From NCBI GenBank assembly GCA_951406725.2, contig OX597820.1:58590001-58654000 (forward strand): 64,000 nucleotides of DNA. The letters run 5' to 3'. Shown here piece by piece: positions 23,528 through 35,987 of the stretch. The notes under the pieces are model-generated. The model was not told the DNA's origin and did not search any database. It saw only the letters and a list, made by a program, of their open reading frames with translations. The position numbers and the translations under genes are program-made. The stretch's first letter is position 1. The number at the start of each line of letters is the position of its first letter. Origin of the DNA: Octopus vulgaris (Eukaryota).

Positions 23528-24572
23528 ACATATACACACACACACACACATACATATGATGAATTTCTTTCAGTTTCTATTTCCCAAATACTCTCACAAA
23601 GTTTTGATTGGCTTGAGTTTAAATGGAGATTTTATATTCTTGCTATCATGGATTTCTTCATTCTCCTACTTCAAATAAACTACTTATTTTGCACATTAGG
23701 ATTTCTCTTCTATTCCAATTGTACTATTGTCTAAATGTCAGAAAAACATCAAAGGAACTTGGCTTTCTTATGACAGAAATTACTTGTTCTCTACAAGGCC
23801 CCAAATTTATACCCCATTCTCTGCCTGGAAACATATTTTGGGTATCACATCCTGTGATAGCTGACATTCCAAGTTGGCCAATGACGTAGCCACTCTGCAG
23901 TCATGTGATCTAGAAATAGCAACCAAATCCCACTTCTATCTTTTAAAAGAGATCCATTGACTAATGATAGTACTAGATATACAATGTCTGAAAAATGTTT
24001 TCTGTGACTGGATGAAATACCTTTCAACATAGGTCAGCTGGCTGAGAGTTGTTCTGAAGTTAAGGAAAGTATTGCCCCAAAACTCTCCAGATTACATTTT
24101 GATTGATATGTAGGGAGAAGCCAGTGTGTCTTATATTTAGTTTGAAATGTTGGAAGTGAAACAGGGCACAGTGAGATATGTAACTGTTTCAGGAATAAGA
24201 GAGACAGTAGTGAAAATGGGAGATGGTAAAGTTTTCAGTCACAAAGATTATTTTGGTAGTTGTAGTAGAGATTTAGAGAAGACACTGTTTCATAGACAAG
24301 CAGGTATTAAATATATTTGGTGACAGGCTGTTGGTGATTGTTCCCAAATCTGTTTTGATTATGCAGCATTCCACAGCATTCTAGCTCTGAGCATCCACAC
24401 ACAGCACTCTCTCTCTCCATCCACAGAATTACTGGATTACCCTTGTTCACTATGTCCTTTTTTTTTAAGGTGCTAGGTTTGATTTGAATGAAATTTAGTT
24501 ACTATTTCTAGTAATTTGTTGGCTTGAAATGATGAGCTTCAATTGTGAAGTGAATAGCTTTATACATTTTTT

Positions 24573-24912
24573 TTACTTGTTTCAGTCATTTGGTTGCAGC
24601 CATGCTGGAGCACCACCTTTAGTCGAACGAATCGACCCCAGGACTTATTCTTTGTAAGCCCAGCACTTATTCTGTCGGTCTCTTTTGCCGAACCGCTAAG
24701 TTACAGAGGTGTAAACACACCAACATCAGTTGTGAAGCGATGATGGCGATACAAATATACATACATACAACAGCTTCTTTCAGTTTCTGTGTACCAAATC
24801 CACTCACAAGGCTTTTAGTCAGCTCAAAGGCACTTGCCCAAGGTGCCACGCAGTGGGACTGAACCCAGAACCATGTGGTTGGGAAGCAAGCTTCTTATTA
24901 CACAGCCATGCT
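24573..24912 (-). mobile_element. SINE family A
   Basis: Reverse complement of 19596-19998. Confidence 0.85.
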
Positions 24913-26336
24913 TGCTTTTCTTCTTTTTTTTTTTAGTGTAGTTGTTTTTATGTATTATGTGATTAATATTATAATAGGATGAATTTATTATGAGATATGT
25001 AAGAACTATAATTTTAATCAGTGGAATTCATGTGTTTCCATATTTTGCAGTAAGTAACAGAGAGAGAGAGAAATAGAGGGCCAAACAGACAGATAGGATG
25101 GTGATATTAAGGGCTTCAGAAATGTCATACCCATCGACTACTGCTGTACTTATACATTTCCTTCTGAATTTGTTGGCTATAACTTTCTACTTGAAATGAT
25201 CTGTTTTATCTTCCTTCTCCCAAAAAACATACAAAATTTTTCATGTAATCCAGACAGTTATTACTCAATTGTGATCTTTGCTGCTTCACATTAATTTTTA
25301 CTTCCCAATTTTGAGCCTCCGTGTGCTCAGAGGAATGCCCCATATTACTCACACAAACAAGCACAAAGGTTATATATAAAAGTACAGCTCTGGAACCACT
25401 TAATATAAAGCTTTCATTGATAGTGTTAAAATATATTTACTGTAAATCAATAAGTAAAATATTAACTGTAAAGCTGTTGCAGGGTTTGATTTTTTCAGTA
25501 GTTTCATGCGTTAGTTGACACATTAGATATTAATGTTGCAGTGATTGAAGTAAAGTACCCTGCTACTGTTGTCACATATAGCTATATTGATATACACTAG
25601 CATGGAAAAGCTGATATGACAATGACAATATTGGTGACATATATATTTTCAATTTTCCAAAGCTGGGGCTTCATTTTGTTACTATTCTGTTTCACTTTTT
25701 CTTTTATGTCTTTCTTGGAAAAACCCCACTACATGTATTCAGTACATTTTTCTCTTATCTAAATTCACACTAACACACACACACACACACACACTTTCTA
25801 TCTGCCATGTAGGAGTGGGATATTCTATCCAAGACCATCTGTCATTATTCAGGCACAGTGTATCTAAAATTACGTTATCCAGTGTAGTCCTCCCTTTTTA
25901 AAGACAACTCTGTGTGATTTGAGGACATTTGGCTGCTATTTCAAGCCAGTTGAGTGATCTTATGGAGGCTTTGTTAGTTTCATGTTGTGACAGTAGAAAT
26001 GAAGCCTTATTATAATTGTGTTACAGAGACAAGGAGGAAGTATATTGGCTGATATATCTTAATGTTCTAAAGTGTGTTTGTATGTGTGGACCACAGCATG
26101 CATATCTTTGAATTTCTGTTTATCTGACCTGGCTGCTTTGTACCACTTCTATAAATGACAGCTGCGATATGATACAATCTAAGATCGTGAGATGTATTCC
26201 ACTTGATCGATAGCTTGTTTAAACAATTTCTCTTCTGATTCTCAACTTTGCCATTTGAAATAAATTTAATTCAACCATTTTCCCTATACCAATACCCTGT
26301 GGTGTGTGTGTATGTACATGTATGTATGAATATGTA

Positions 26337-26396
<60 letters not shown>

Positions 26397-26617
26397 AACA
26401 CACAGTATCTGTGTACATAAATTTTGTGTGTGAGAGTGTACATTTAATGTATGAGGTTGTGTACCAGTGTATATATACATGTGTATTTCTGAAAGAGCTT
26501 ACTTTCAAAACCAGATATATGCATTCAGAATGACTTCTGAGTAATTGTAACACACGAACACACATAAAGACATTGACTTTGATATAATAGGTATGAATAT
26601 GCACATATACATACATG

Positions 26618-26678
<61 letters not shown>

Positions 26679-26700
26679 ATTATATATATATATATATATA

Positions 26701-27092
26701 TCTTTATATATATAAAACTAGTTGTGTGAGTGTCTGTCCCCTTCGATTTAGATTCCTAACTACTCCCACATTTTGCGGTGCAGTTTAACCAAAACCGGGT
26801 ATCTTATAGTCGTGATTCATATCGAGCCCTTCTGGGTATTAGCATGCGTCTACGATGAGTCTACGATTTTAAAAATAATTTACCATAATTTTTCCATTTT
26901 AAGGCATATTTTTTTAAAGGGAAGTAACTCTCTAAAAATGTCTACGATGAGTCAACGATTTAAAAAAAAATTTACCATCATATTTTTTCCATTTTTAATG
27001 CATTTTTTTGCTATTCTTTGGCTATAACTCTCTAAAAATGCCTTATAGTTATTTCCCTTACAAACCCGAGCAACGCCGGGCGATACTGCTAG
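26701..27092 (+). mobile_element. Non-autonomous Helitron
   Basis: 5' TC, 3' hairpin CCCGAGCAACGCCGGG (27065-27080) then CTAG, inserted between A and T in a (TA)n tract, no TSD. Confidence 0.85.
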
Positions 27093-27128
<36 letters not shown>

Positions 27129-27149
27129 AAAATAAATTGATAGATATGA

Positions 27150-27352
27150 TAGGTGAAATGCTTAGCGGTATTTTGTCTGCCGCTATGTTCTGAGTTCAAA
27201 TTCTGCCAAGGTCGACTTTGCCTTTTATCCTTTCAGGGTCAATTAAATAAGTACCAGTTATGCACTGGTGTTGATATAATTGACTTAATCCCTTTGTCTG
27301 TCCTTGTTTGTCCCCTCTGTGTGTAGCCCCTTGTGGGCAGTAAAGAAATAAG
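27150..27352 (+). mobile_element. SINE family B (5'-truncated)
   Basis: Box B GAGTTCAAATTC plus the conserved GCCTTT(C/T)ATCCTTTC(G/A)GGGTC core shared with the 39942, 43718, 51640 and 58130 copies. Confidence 0.85.
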
Positions 27353-27410
27353 AATTGGTTGATGTCCACTTTGCTCAATATTTTAACTGTTTTGTTTTGA
27401 TGTTTTACAG

Positions 27411-27510
27411 AACCTCAATGCTTGCCGGAGGGGATGTCGTTTGTTTTATGTTTGCAAGTTGAGCCATAACAACCAGCGACTTAATGATACAAACATGGAA
27501 TGCTTTAATG
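27411..27510 (+). CDS. TMEM59: TMEM59 internal coding exon (NLNACRRGCRLFYVCKLSHNNQRLNDTNMECFN)
   Basis: ag|...|gt, phase 0 to 1; matches human LYACQRGCRLFSIC...LNRTKLEC. Confidence 0.9.
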
Positions 27511-29276
27511 GTGAGACAATCTTAAATAATCTTATTGTGTTAGCTTATATTAACTATGTAAAAATATTTCTTTCATTTCTAGATACAGAACTGCATTATC
27601 CAATGTGTCTCTCCTTTTTAAGATGGCAGGATGTGATTGGAGGAAGATGTGGCTGCTACTTCTAGCAGGTCACACTCACTGATAGAAAATTGATATCACT
27701 CTGAATCCATAGCACCTAACTGGACATGTTTTTCTGTCTTTGTACATGTTTTTCATGTTTTTCTGTCTTTGTACATTGCCGAACTCTATCCAAGCACTTG
27801 ATCATCTGTCCTTTGCTATCATCAAGCTCAGTCAGACTATGTTTATCCATGATCATCCCATTATCTACACTTAATCCAACAACTGTCAGCCCTAGTTCCA
27901 TTAGACCTTGTCCAGGCACTTCATCATTTATTTCTCTCCCAGCTACCATGAACCCTAGTTTATCAGACCATTTCTAACTACTTCCATCTTTGAGCTGCAG
28001 GGGAGCCTGTATGCGATCAGTCAATGTACTAAAAATAGCTATGTCTCCTTCAAATCACAACCTACTGTCTTAAAAAGAGGAAACATGTCTCCAAGAAAAT
28101 TATCTTGGATATATTATGTCTATAAAGTTGATCAGTGCTTGAAATTCTATTTTTTCTAGAGCCGGTCTATTCTGGATGACCTGGAGCTAAACAACATCAA
28201 CTTTATCATCTACTTTTATCTCAGCTACCATCACCAACCCTATCTCTCTTACATAATAACCAATCACTTCCTTATCCTCTACTCCTATTTAAACTACCTC
28301 TGCTATCATTGATGATCATTTGATTCATAGTTCACTACCATATTTTCTGGCATACAAGTCAGTGTAGTATATAGTGTAAAAATATAATATAAACACTGAA
28401 ACACCATCACTATCTTTCCACATCCTGCTGCATTTCACGTGGAAGTTTTGGTTCTCTGAATTCGTTTTGTCGTATAAATCAGCCTTACCTGTTTTGGTCT
28501 GAAAATGTCAACTTGTATGCTGGAAAATACTTCATTGTAGCACTCTCCCACCTCTTCCTTGACTTTTTGTTCCAGTCACTATCAATCACTCTTTTGTACC
28601 TTTTAAAACAATTGCACAACTCCTTTTCTCCCACATCATATTTACTCACTTTGTTGTTCATTCTGAGATGAGATTAAGATTAATTATTTTTAATTGGGTT
28701 CATTAATGTTACTATTTATATTAATTTTGCTGTTTTTTAGTTTGTGTATTACTCAGCCATATTCTGGTGTTATCATATTTGCAATATTGAGTGGGTTTTT
28801 TAAATTTTTTTTTAATAAATCTACTATTACCTGCTGTATGCAATAAAGCTGTGTGTAACCTAAAAGAGTGTGTATATACATAAAATCTAGCAACAGAAGC
28901 CAGAAATGATATAACTGTTGCAATGTGTATGTAATAGGAGAAAATATAAGGTAAAAAAAATGTCCAGTTAGCTTTTATATTAGAACTTACCTCAGAACTC
29001 TAGGATTATAAATGTCCCTGTTCAGTCCATACAATAATGCTATGAAGCAATTTATCTAGGCAGAAATCGTTACTGTACAGTATTACTTTGATACAATACC
29101 TGGGCACTGATGGGTACCTCTGCCAGTATGTAAATGTAGTATTAAACATTTTGTCTTCTATCTGTAAATGCTAAATTTCAACATGTTATGTGACTGAATT
29201 CTTTTAACACATACAGAACTAATTGCAAAGACAATGATGGTTTGTTTTGTTTGTTTTTCTTCTCATTCTATTCTAG

Positions 29277-29374
29277 TATGCCATGAAGCATATGCCAACA
29301 TAACAGCTGAAAAATCTGCATGCCGACATGGTTGCAGCAGTGCACTTCCTCTGGCAGAACAACGAGAGAAAGAG
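29277..29374 (+). CDS. TMEM59: TMEM59 exon (VCHEAYANITAEKSACRHGCSSALPLAEQREKE)
   Basis: ag|...|gt, phase 1 to 0; matches human ACTEAY...YACHLGCQNQLPFAELRQEQ. Confidence 0.9.
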
Positions 29375-30269
29375 GTAAATGAAGATGTGTTGTCAATCTC
29401 TGAACACTGAGATAACCATTTGTCATAAACAGATATCTGCTATTAGTTGTGTGTTAGAACTACACAAAACAATGTATACTTCATACAGTGGGGGTGGGCA
29501 GCGAGGCCTTAATTCCTAATGGAGTTGTAGTGGGTGCCGTTGTAACATACATGTCCACAGCAACCCCACTCCATATAAACTGATGCTGTAACCTGGATCA
29601 TCTATTATGCTACTTAGTGACGTAAACCTTCTAAAACTTTGCAGTGATGCAAGATTCACCATCAAGAATATGAGCCCTGTCTATTTAAGTGCACTTAATA
29701 TTTGCTGATGACAGTTGTTTCACACCCAAAATACCTCTGAACCCAACCGATTTCCAAAGACTGTTATCTTTGTCCTTTCTTTATCCAAATGATTACAGAA
29801 TACACACACAATATACTTATAGCTAACAAAGGAGCCTTTTTGTGGAAAGATGGACATACTTTCTGTGTTGCCATCATTTAAATCTCTAGCTTTTTGTTTG
29901 CTCGGAAACCAGACAAAATTTGTTAAATGGTCACCATCAAAGTGTCTGTGCATGGTTACTCAGTTTGTTAAAAATAGCAGCCAAAACTCTTCAATATACA
30001 AAAAGTAATATAGTCGTGCTTAGAACACCTTTTCTTATTTAATTAATTTGGGTGAGTCCTGAATGAGTTGATAATGATCACAACTAGAACATCAAACTAA
30101 CTGAAAAAGTTGTGTTTTGGTCCATACCTTGTTCTGATTAAGAAACACCTTTATCAGTGAAGTAATTCTGCAACCTATTTCAGCTCCATAGTGATTGTTC
30201 ATCTACAAAATCATTCTTCACTTTATATGTAAAATATGGAGCCTTCATTATATATATATATATATATAC

Positions 30270-30450
30270 GCGAGAAAGAAGCAACAAGAATGGATAGGTT
30301 TTTAGTACAATCGTTTCATACAAGGACAGGCTTTATTAAAAGTTGCAAAAATTGCAGCATTTTTGCAATTTTTGCAACTTTTAATAAAGCCTGTCCTTGT
30401 ATGAAACGATTGTACTAAAAACCTATCCATTCTTGTTGCTTCTTTCTCGC
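30270..30450. repeat. Perfect 87-bp inverted repeat with 7-bp spacer (probable Penelope-like inverted end)
   Basis: 30270-30356 is the exact reverse complement of 30364-30450; the unit lies between (TA)n tracts. Confidence 0.95.
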
Positions 30451-30569
30451 TTATAATCACCCCACATTACTGTATTGTTAAAACCGTATAGTTTGTTTTG
30501 GTGCATCTAAGTTAGGTACCATATTCAAGTAAATTCATTTAAATTAACTTGAATCTTTATTGCTTTTTG

Positions 30570-30637
<68 letters not shown>

Positions 30638-31103
30638 GAATCGGTAAATCACTGTGAGCCAATATTTCTGCACTGACTGAACCCACTTTATCTTTCCTCT
30701 AAGGCAGTTATGATGTAACCATTACCATAGCTGCTGTACATTCAGGAATGAGTTGCATTTTGAATTGAGGCTGTCAAGTTTTTCTTAATGTTCTTACATT
30801 CATAAGTTGAACTTAAGACAAGGCAAATAGATTGCTGATGTAAAGGTTAAAAGTTCAGATCTTAAACCTAATTGTTGCATTTGAATTCATAGATAATGAA
30901 TTTTAAAGACTGAGTTGAAATACTGTTAAATTTCCTTTGATTGTATATAACTAGCTCATAAACTAATACATATTCCATCAATTTCCATAGTATATAACCA
31001 CTATATATTTTAACACCCCTAGTTCATAACTAGTATATATTTCATCAGCTCTTTCCTCTGGCTTTAATTAACAACCTCAGAAATGGAACTATATACATAT
31101 TGC

Positions 31104-31270
31104 CATCTACTCGCAATACCAGAGGGCGCACACTCTCCTACCCTGATGTAATCTCCAGGGATACAGGCATCCAGCAACAGGACCTCCGTAATGCCATGAT
31201 GGACCGTGAAGTCTGGCGTAGCATGGTAAATTCCATTGTCGCGACCATGGTCGAACAATGATGATGATGA
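31104..31270 (+). mobile_element. 3' end of another RTE-like LINE
   Basis: RGRTLSYPDVISRDTGIQQQDLRNAMMDREVWRSMV...* followed by a (TGA)n tail. Confidence 0.7.
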
Positions 31271-31277
31271 TATATAT

Positions 31278-31767
31278 CATCATCATCATCATCATCATTT
31301 AACGTCCGCTTTCCATGCTAGCATGGGTTGGACGGTTCAACTGGGGTCTGGGGTCTGGGCAGTGTTTCTACAGCTGGATGCCCTTCCTAACGCCAACCAC
31401 TCCGAGAGTGTAGTGGGGGATTTTATGTGCCACCGACACAGGTGCCAGACGAGGCTGGCGAACAGCCACGCTCGGATGGTGTTTTTTATGTGCCACCGAC
31501 ACAGGTGCCAGACGAGGCTGGCAGACGGCCACGCTCGGATGGTGTTTTTATGTGCCACCGACACAGGTGCCAGATGAGGCTGGCGAACGGCCACGATCGG
31601 ATGGTGTTTGTTACGTGCCCACAGCACGGAGGCCAGTCGATGCGGTACTGGCTACGGCCACGTTCGGATGATTTTCTTGTGTGCCACCGGCACTGGTACC
31701 ACAAAGATACAAATTCCATTGATGTTCATCTATTTTGATTTGTTTTGATTTTCACTTGCCTCAACAG
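31278..31767 (-). mobile_element. RTE 3'-UTR fragment
   Basis: Four to five ~62-bp units plus tail; tail-to-tail with the preceding LINE end. Confidence 0.9.
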
Positions 31768-32131
31768 ATATATATATATAAATATAAAGACACAAGGAGT
31801 TTTCGTCAGGGTGACTCAACCCAATAGGTATGCCACTTAAATTCTAGTGTGAATGGCAGTTGAAGGTGTGGTCTTGTGATTACCTTATCCAAAATGACTT
31901 GAAGTGTTTCCCCCTTCGAGTCAGTTGGAACTGCTAACATCTATTTTTTTTCCCTTCACAATGGATTACTATCTAACCATTCTCTCTGACCATGGATTTA
32001 CCTAACGAGTAGCCAGTCTCATTGGATCTAACTGGGCTTGTATGGATATCTCCTCCCCCTCTGGGCTTGAGGAACCACAACTATCATTGATGATGAACTT
32101 TTATTCCACTGTTACATATATTTAATCTATC

Positions 32132-32221
32132 TCTCTCTGATGACAGGACACTCAGCATATGGGGTCTTTGCTCTGCATGATGTCCCAATAGCTGGGATAT
32201 CCCAGAAACAGCTGTCAGAGA
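32132..32221 (+). ncRNA. Type-I hammerhead ribozyme motif (stem II degenerate) in a Penelope-like fragment
   Basis: TCTCT-CTGATGA(32137-43)-long stem II-GAAA(32205-08)-CAGCT-GTC-AGAGA; palindromic stem III ACAGCTGT. Confidence 0.65.
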
Positions 32222-32380
32222 CTATCTCTACCTTTCATTATATAACTAAATTAAAATAAATGCCCTTGTCCAGTCTTACCAATTTGTTTGCCTCTCCTTT
32301 TTACTTTAACCTGTATATATATAAAAGCTCTATAGTTATATCAGTGTTATAATATGTTTAATCATTTTATATAATTTTAG

Positions 32381-32588
32381 AAGGATGAGGAATCTGAACC
32401 TCGCATTCATCTTCTCTACCCACTGATGTATGTACATGGACTGTACAGCAACATGATACACAGGGTTTACAGACAGATGAGCATCAGTTGGTCTTTCTAT
32501 ATGCAAGGAGACAATGGTAATCTTATTGTGATGCGATCAAAACCTAAGGTTTATGTGGAGTACCGTGGCTTTGACAGTGATGGTGATG
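32381..32588 (+). CDS. TMEM59: TMEM59 exon (KDEESEPRIHLLYPLMYVHGLYSNM...SWSFYMQGDNGNLIVMRSKPK...)
   Basis: ag|...|gtaagt, phase 0 to 1; matches human PKMHLLFPL...SSWTFYLQADDGKIVIFQSKPE. Confidence 0.93.
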
Positions 32589-33153
32589 GTAAGTCTATAC
32601 AGTCTTTGACTTTATTGTTGTTTAATCCCATACCTGATTTATCTAACCTATAATCGAAAATGTTCCAGCTGTGACCATTATGCCTTTTGTCCAGGCATAC
32701 AGTTATTTTATCAACTCTGGAAGGATTTTTGGTACTGTGACCATAGATAGGATTTGAACTCGAAATGCTAGAAGAAATGCTGCAAGGCATGTTCTAATGG
32801 TTTGGCCAATATAAATAAATATTTGTTGCTATTATGGCCTAAACAATAATTAAACTATGTTCCTACTAAAATATGAGTTTTTTTTCCTTGGTTATCATTA
32901 CATCTAAAGATGCGCACATTTTGTTCTGTGTTGCCATCATTTAAGTCTCTAGCTGTTTTTGTTTGCTCAGTGGGTAACATGTCAAGATTTGTTTGCTGTG
33001 CATGGTTGCTCAGCCTGTTAAAAATAGCTGCCAAATTTTTCAGATAACAAAGGACACATTGAATGATATAATCTTGGATGTACTCTACCTAGCAAAAGGT
33101 CTCCTTTAGTTTATTTTTTCTAACTACCTCCTTTTTTTTTCTTTATATTTCAG

Positions 33154-33461
33154 AATACCGTACTTCAAACTATTTGGAAACAAACATTGAATCTGGCAAC
33201 AATGTGGCCACACCACAGCTGAAGAACTCACAGCTGCATGCTGTTAACAATCAGAATGGTGATGACGATGAAGAATTGAACATTTCTCTGCATGATGTCA
33301 ATGGACAGAATGCAGATTGGTTGGCCTGCCTTTCTCTAAAGTTTGGGCTACCCCGAATATTGTTGACTGCTTTGGTCTTATTCTGTGCAGTTGTAATGAT
33401 TTGGTTGTGTTTGACTGCAGCTGTGACTGCTCCAGAACATCGCATCCCTGCATCACCTCCA
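33154..33461 (+). CDS. TMEM59: TMEM59 exon containing the transmembrane helix
   Basis: cag|...|gtaagt, phase 1 to 0; DWLACLSLKFG..ILLTALVLFCAVVMIWLCLTAAVTAPE matches human GFLRCLSLNSGWILTTTLVLSVMVLLWICCATVATAVE. Confidence 0.93.
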
Positions 33462-34011
33462 GTAAGTTTTTCTGTTTTTTGAACTTTAGGATGATTGTAG
33501 GTAGGGTTATTTGGGAAAGTTCGTCAATTCAGTATGATAATTAAGTAAATAACATAACTTTTGTCAATAGTCTTGTGCATAAAAAAACTGAAAATCATAA
33601 GAATAACATTCATACATATTCTTAATAAATTCCAGCAGATTCAAATATGGATGTGCTAATCACTGTTGTATCTTGTCTGTGGAGAATAACTTCTTTCAGA
33701 CAATGTGTATTCCCAACGCACTCAATTCATTGAGGTGAGGGGACTTGGAGACACCTTAGTGTTTCAACCTGGTTGTACCTCTTCAGGCAAAGCTACATTG
33801 AAACCAATGAATCTAAACAAAAATTTTGGTTCTTGTTTATAGAAATCAGCAAACAAATTATTTGCTGATGCATATTGATGTCTACCAAACCAATAAAAAA
33901 ATTGTCACATTCATGGAAAACAGCGAAAATCAAAATGACAAAATACATTCTGGCAGATTCAAACAATAAGTAGATATGGTGAAAGACGTTCTATCTGGGG
34001 TTACATTAGAC

Positions 34012-34281
34012 CAGTGTTTCCCAAACTTTTTGTGCCAAATTGCAATATCACCTATCTATCTGCCAAAAAATGCTCCATCACCCACCTGTGTAAAAAAAAA
34101 AAAAGCCTGACACCCCCCCCAATACAGAACCCCCACCCCCGTCATGTCTAGATATCAGTAAATGCAGACTTAATTTCTAAACATTCATTGTCACCCCCAA
34201 AATGTTCATATCGCCCTCCATTTTCCAGAAATTCGCCCATCGCCTACCAGTGGGCGATATCGCCCACTTTGGGAAGCTATG
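34012..34281. mobile_element. hAT (Charlie-like) MITE
   Basis: Exact 8-bp TSD CATTAGAC on both sides; imperfect TIR CAGTGTTTCCCAAA / TTTGGGAAGCTATG. Confidence 0.85.
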
Positions 34282-35055
34282 CATTAGACACTGAGGTGTG
34301 ACTTGAAAGGAATTAGGCTACAGTTCTAGCAGGTTGACTGATTGTGTAGATACTCAGTTTTATAGTTATTTCTCTTCGTAGTTGCCTCCCTTGACTACTG
34401 CTTATGAACTGTAATTTTATAACCTTGGTTGTTAACTAGCACAAAAGAAACCTATTGTAAAGAATGGGTCTCTCGTCGGTTTCAATGATTAATTCTATGA
34501 AACCAATGGAACTATCTATTCATTGCGTTATGGTTTAAGTATTGATGTATTCCACTTAAATTTGTGCTTTTAGCATAAAACTCACTCAAGTTCAAGTGTG
34601 GCAAGTTTGGATCCCCAGAGTAGTCCACCCAATGGTTTTCTGTCCCTGCCTACCCAATGCAGTTTCACAAACTTGGGTCAGCCTTCGAGAGCTGCTATGG
34701 GGTGAAACTTTAGAATCTCAAGTGAATTTTCTTATCACAAAGGCTTCCCTATTTGCTAATAGGCTCATGAGTCCGACAATGGCTATGGTGGCTGCTATAC
34801 CTTTGATTTAAAATATCTGATTACTAGTGTCTTCTCTACACACCCACAGGAAGAATTTGAATTCTGCTCTGCAAGACTACAAACCATATGTCAGTGTTTA
34901 CAGCGATCCTACTTATTTAGGATGACAACAAGTTACTACGTTCAGCTAGATGAACAAAGCCATTTGAAAGTTCAGTGACTTGGTCAAGTATGTAATGCAG
35001 TGCTTGTTGTCTGGATACAAACCAATAACCTTTGGCTGGTTGTCTAGTATATATT

Positions 35056-35370
35056 TTATTTTTTTATGTGCCCCTTTTTCAAGCCTAGCCAGGCTCATGG
35101 GCTCAGTTTCCCGGTTTCTGTGGCATATGTGTTCCCCCCAGCTGGACGGGACGATAGTCCATCGCAGCTTTACTCAAGAAACAGGAATAGAAAGTGAGAG
35201 AAAGTTGGGGTGAAAGAGTACAACAAGGGTCGCCACCACCCCCTGCTGGAGCCTCGTGGAGCTATAGGTGTTTTCGCTCAATAAACACATGCAATGCCTG
35301 GTCTGGGAATCGAAACCACGATCCTCCGACCACGAGTCTGCTGCCCTAACCACTGGGTCATTGTGCCTCC
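35056..35370 (-). mobile_element. tRNA-derived SINE family D
   Basis: Minus strand starts GGAGGCACAATGACCCAGTGGTTAGGG (box A) ... GGTTTCGATTCCC (box B); relative at ~63270-63478. Confidence 0.8.
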
Positions 35371-35503
35371 GTTGTCTAGTATCTTATCCACTTAATCCAT
35401 GAACTTGAATCATAAACCTAAACACTGTTGCACCACAGATATGTTATATCTATGTGATTAATTCATTGTCCTTACTGTTCTCTCTTTGTTTTCCTCCTTC
35501 TAG

Positions 35504-35632
35504 AAACTCAGTATTTATGGTGACCTGGACTACCTGGTGGATTTTGAACAGAAGAAGATGAAGAAATGCCTTCCCCAAGACATAGTAGTTGCTGCTCCTC
35601 TTCCGGTGAACATCAAGAGTGACAGGATCTAA
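35504..35632 (+). CDS. TMEM59: TMEM59 terminal coding exon (KLSIYGDLDYLVDFEQKKMKKCLPQDIVVAAPLPVNIKSDRI*)
   Basis: Polypyrimidine tract plus tag acceptor, phase 0; KLSIYGDL identical to human; PLP..V near the C-terminus; TAA stop. Confidence 0.95.
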   Translation, partial: KLSIYGDLDYLVDFEQKKMKKCLPQDIVVAAPLPVNIKSDRI

Positions 35633-35943
35633 TCACTGAGTGAACCAGAAGAGGATTCCTGGAGCAGCCAATTCTGAAACTGAAACTTCTGTCCCTCCTC
35701 CCCTCTCTGCTCCTACTCTTCTCCCTTCACTCTCTCTCTCTCACCCTCTTTGTTTTTGGCTGATCTGGTATACCTCAGTCGAAATATTTCTATTTACTTC
35801 TCAAACATTTCAGTTTTTTCAAATTATATACATATATATCTACATATATATATACACACACACACATGTATTTTATGTGTGTGTCTCAGTATATGTGTGT
35901 ATGTATGTATAATTGTATGTTTATGTGTGTGTGTGTGTGTGTA

Positions 35944-35987
<44 letters not shown>

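Noticed and set aside
32378-32383. TAG-AAG tandem splice acceptor in TMEM59
   Set aside because: Would change one residue; common, and unsupported without transcripts.
29845-33045. Similar ~140-bp segments in two TMEM59 introns (29845-29990 and 32905-33045) as a conserved regulatory element
   Set aside because: They contain the AAATAGCAGCCAAA motif seen in many decayed copies across the window, so they are an old dispersed repeat.
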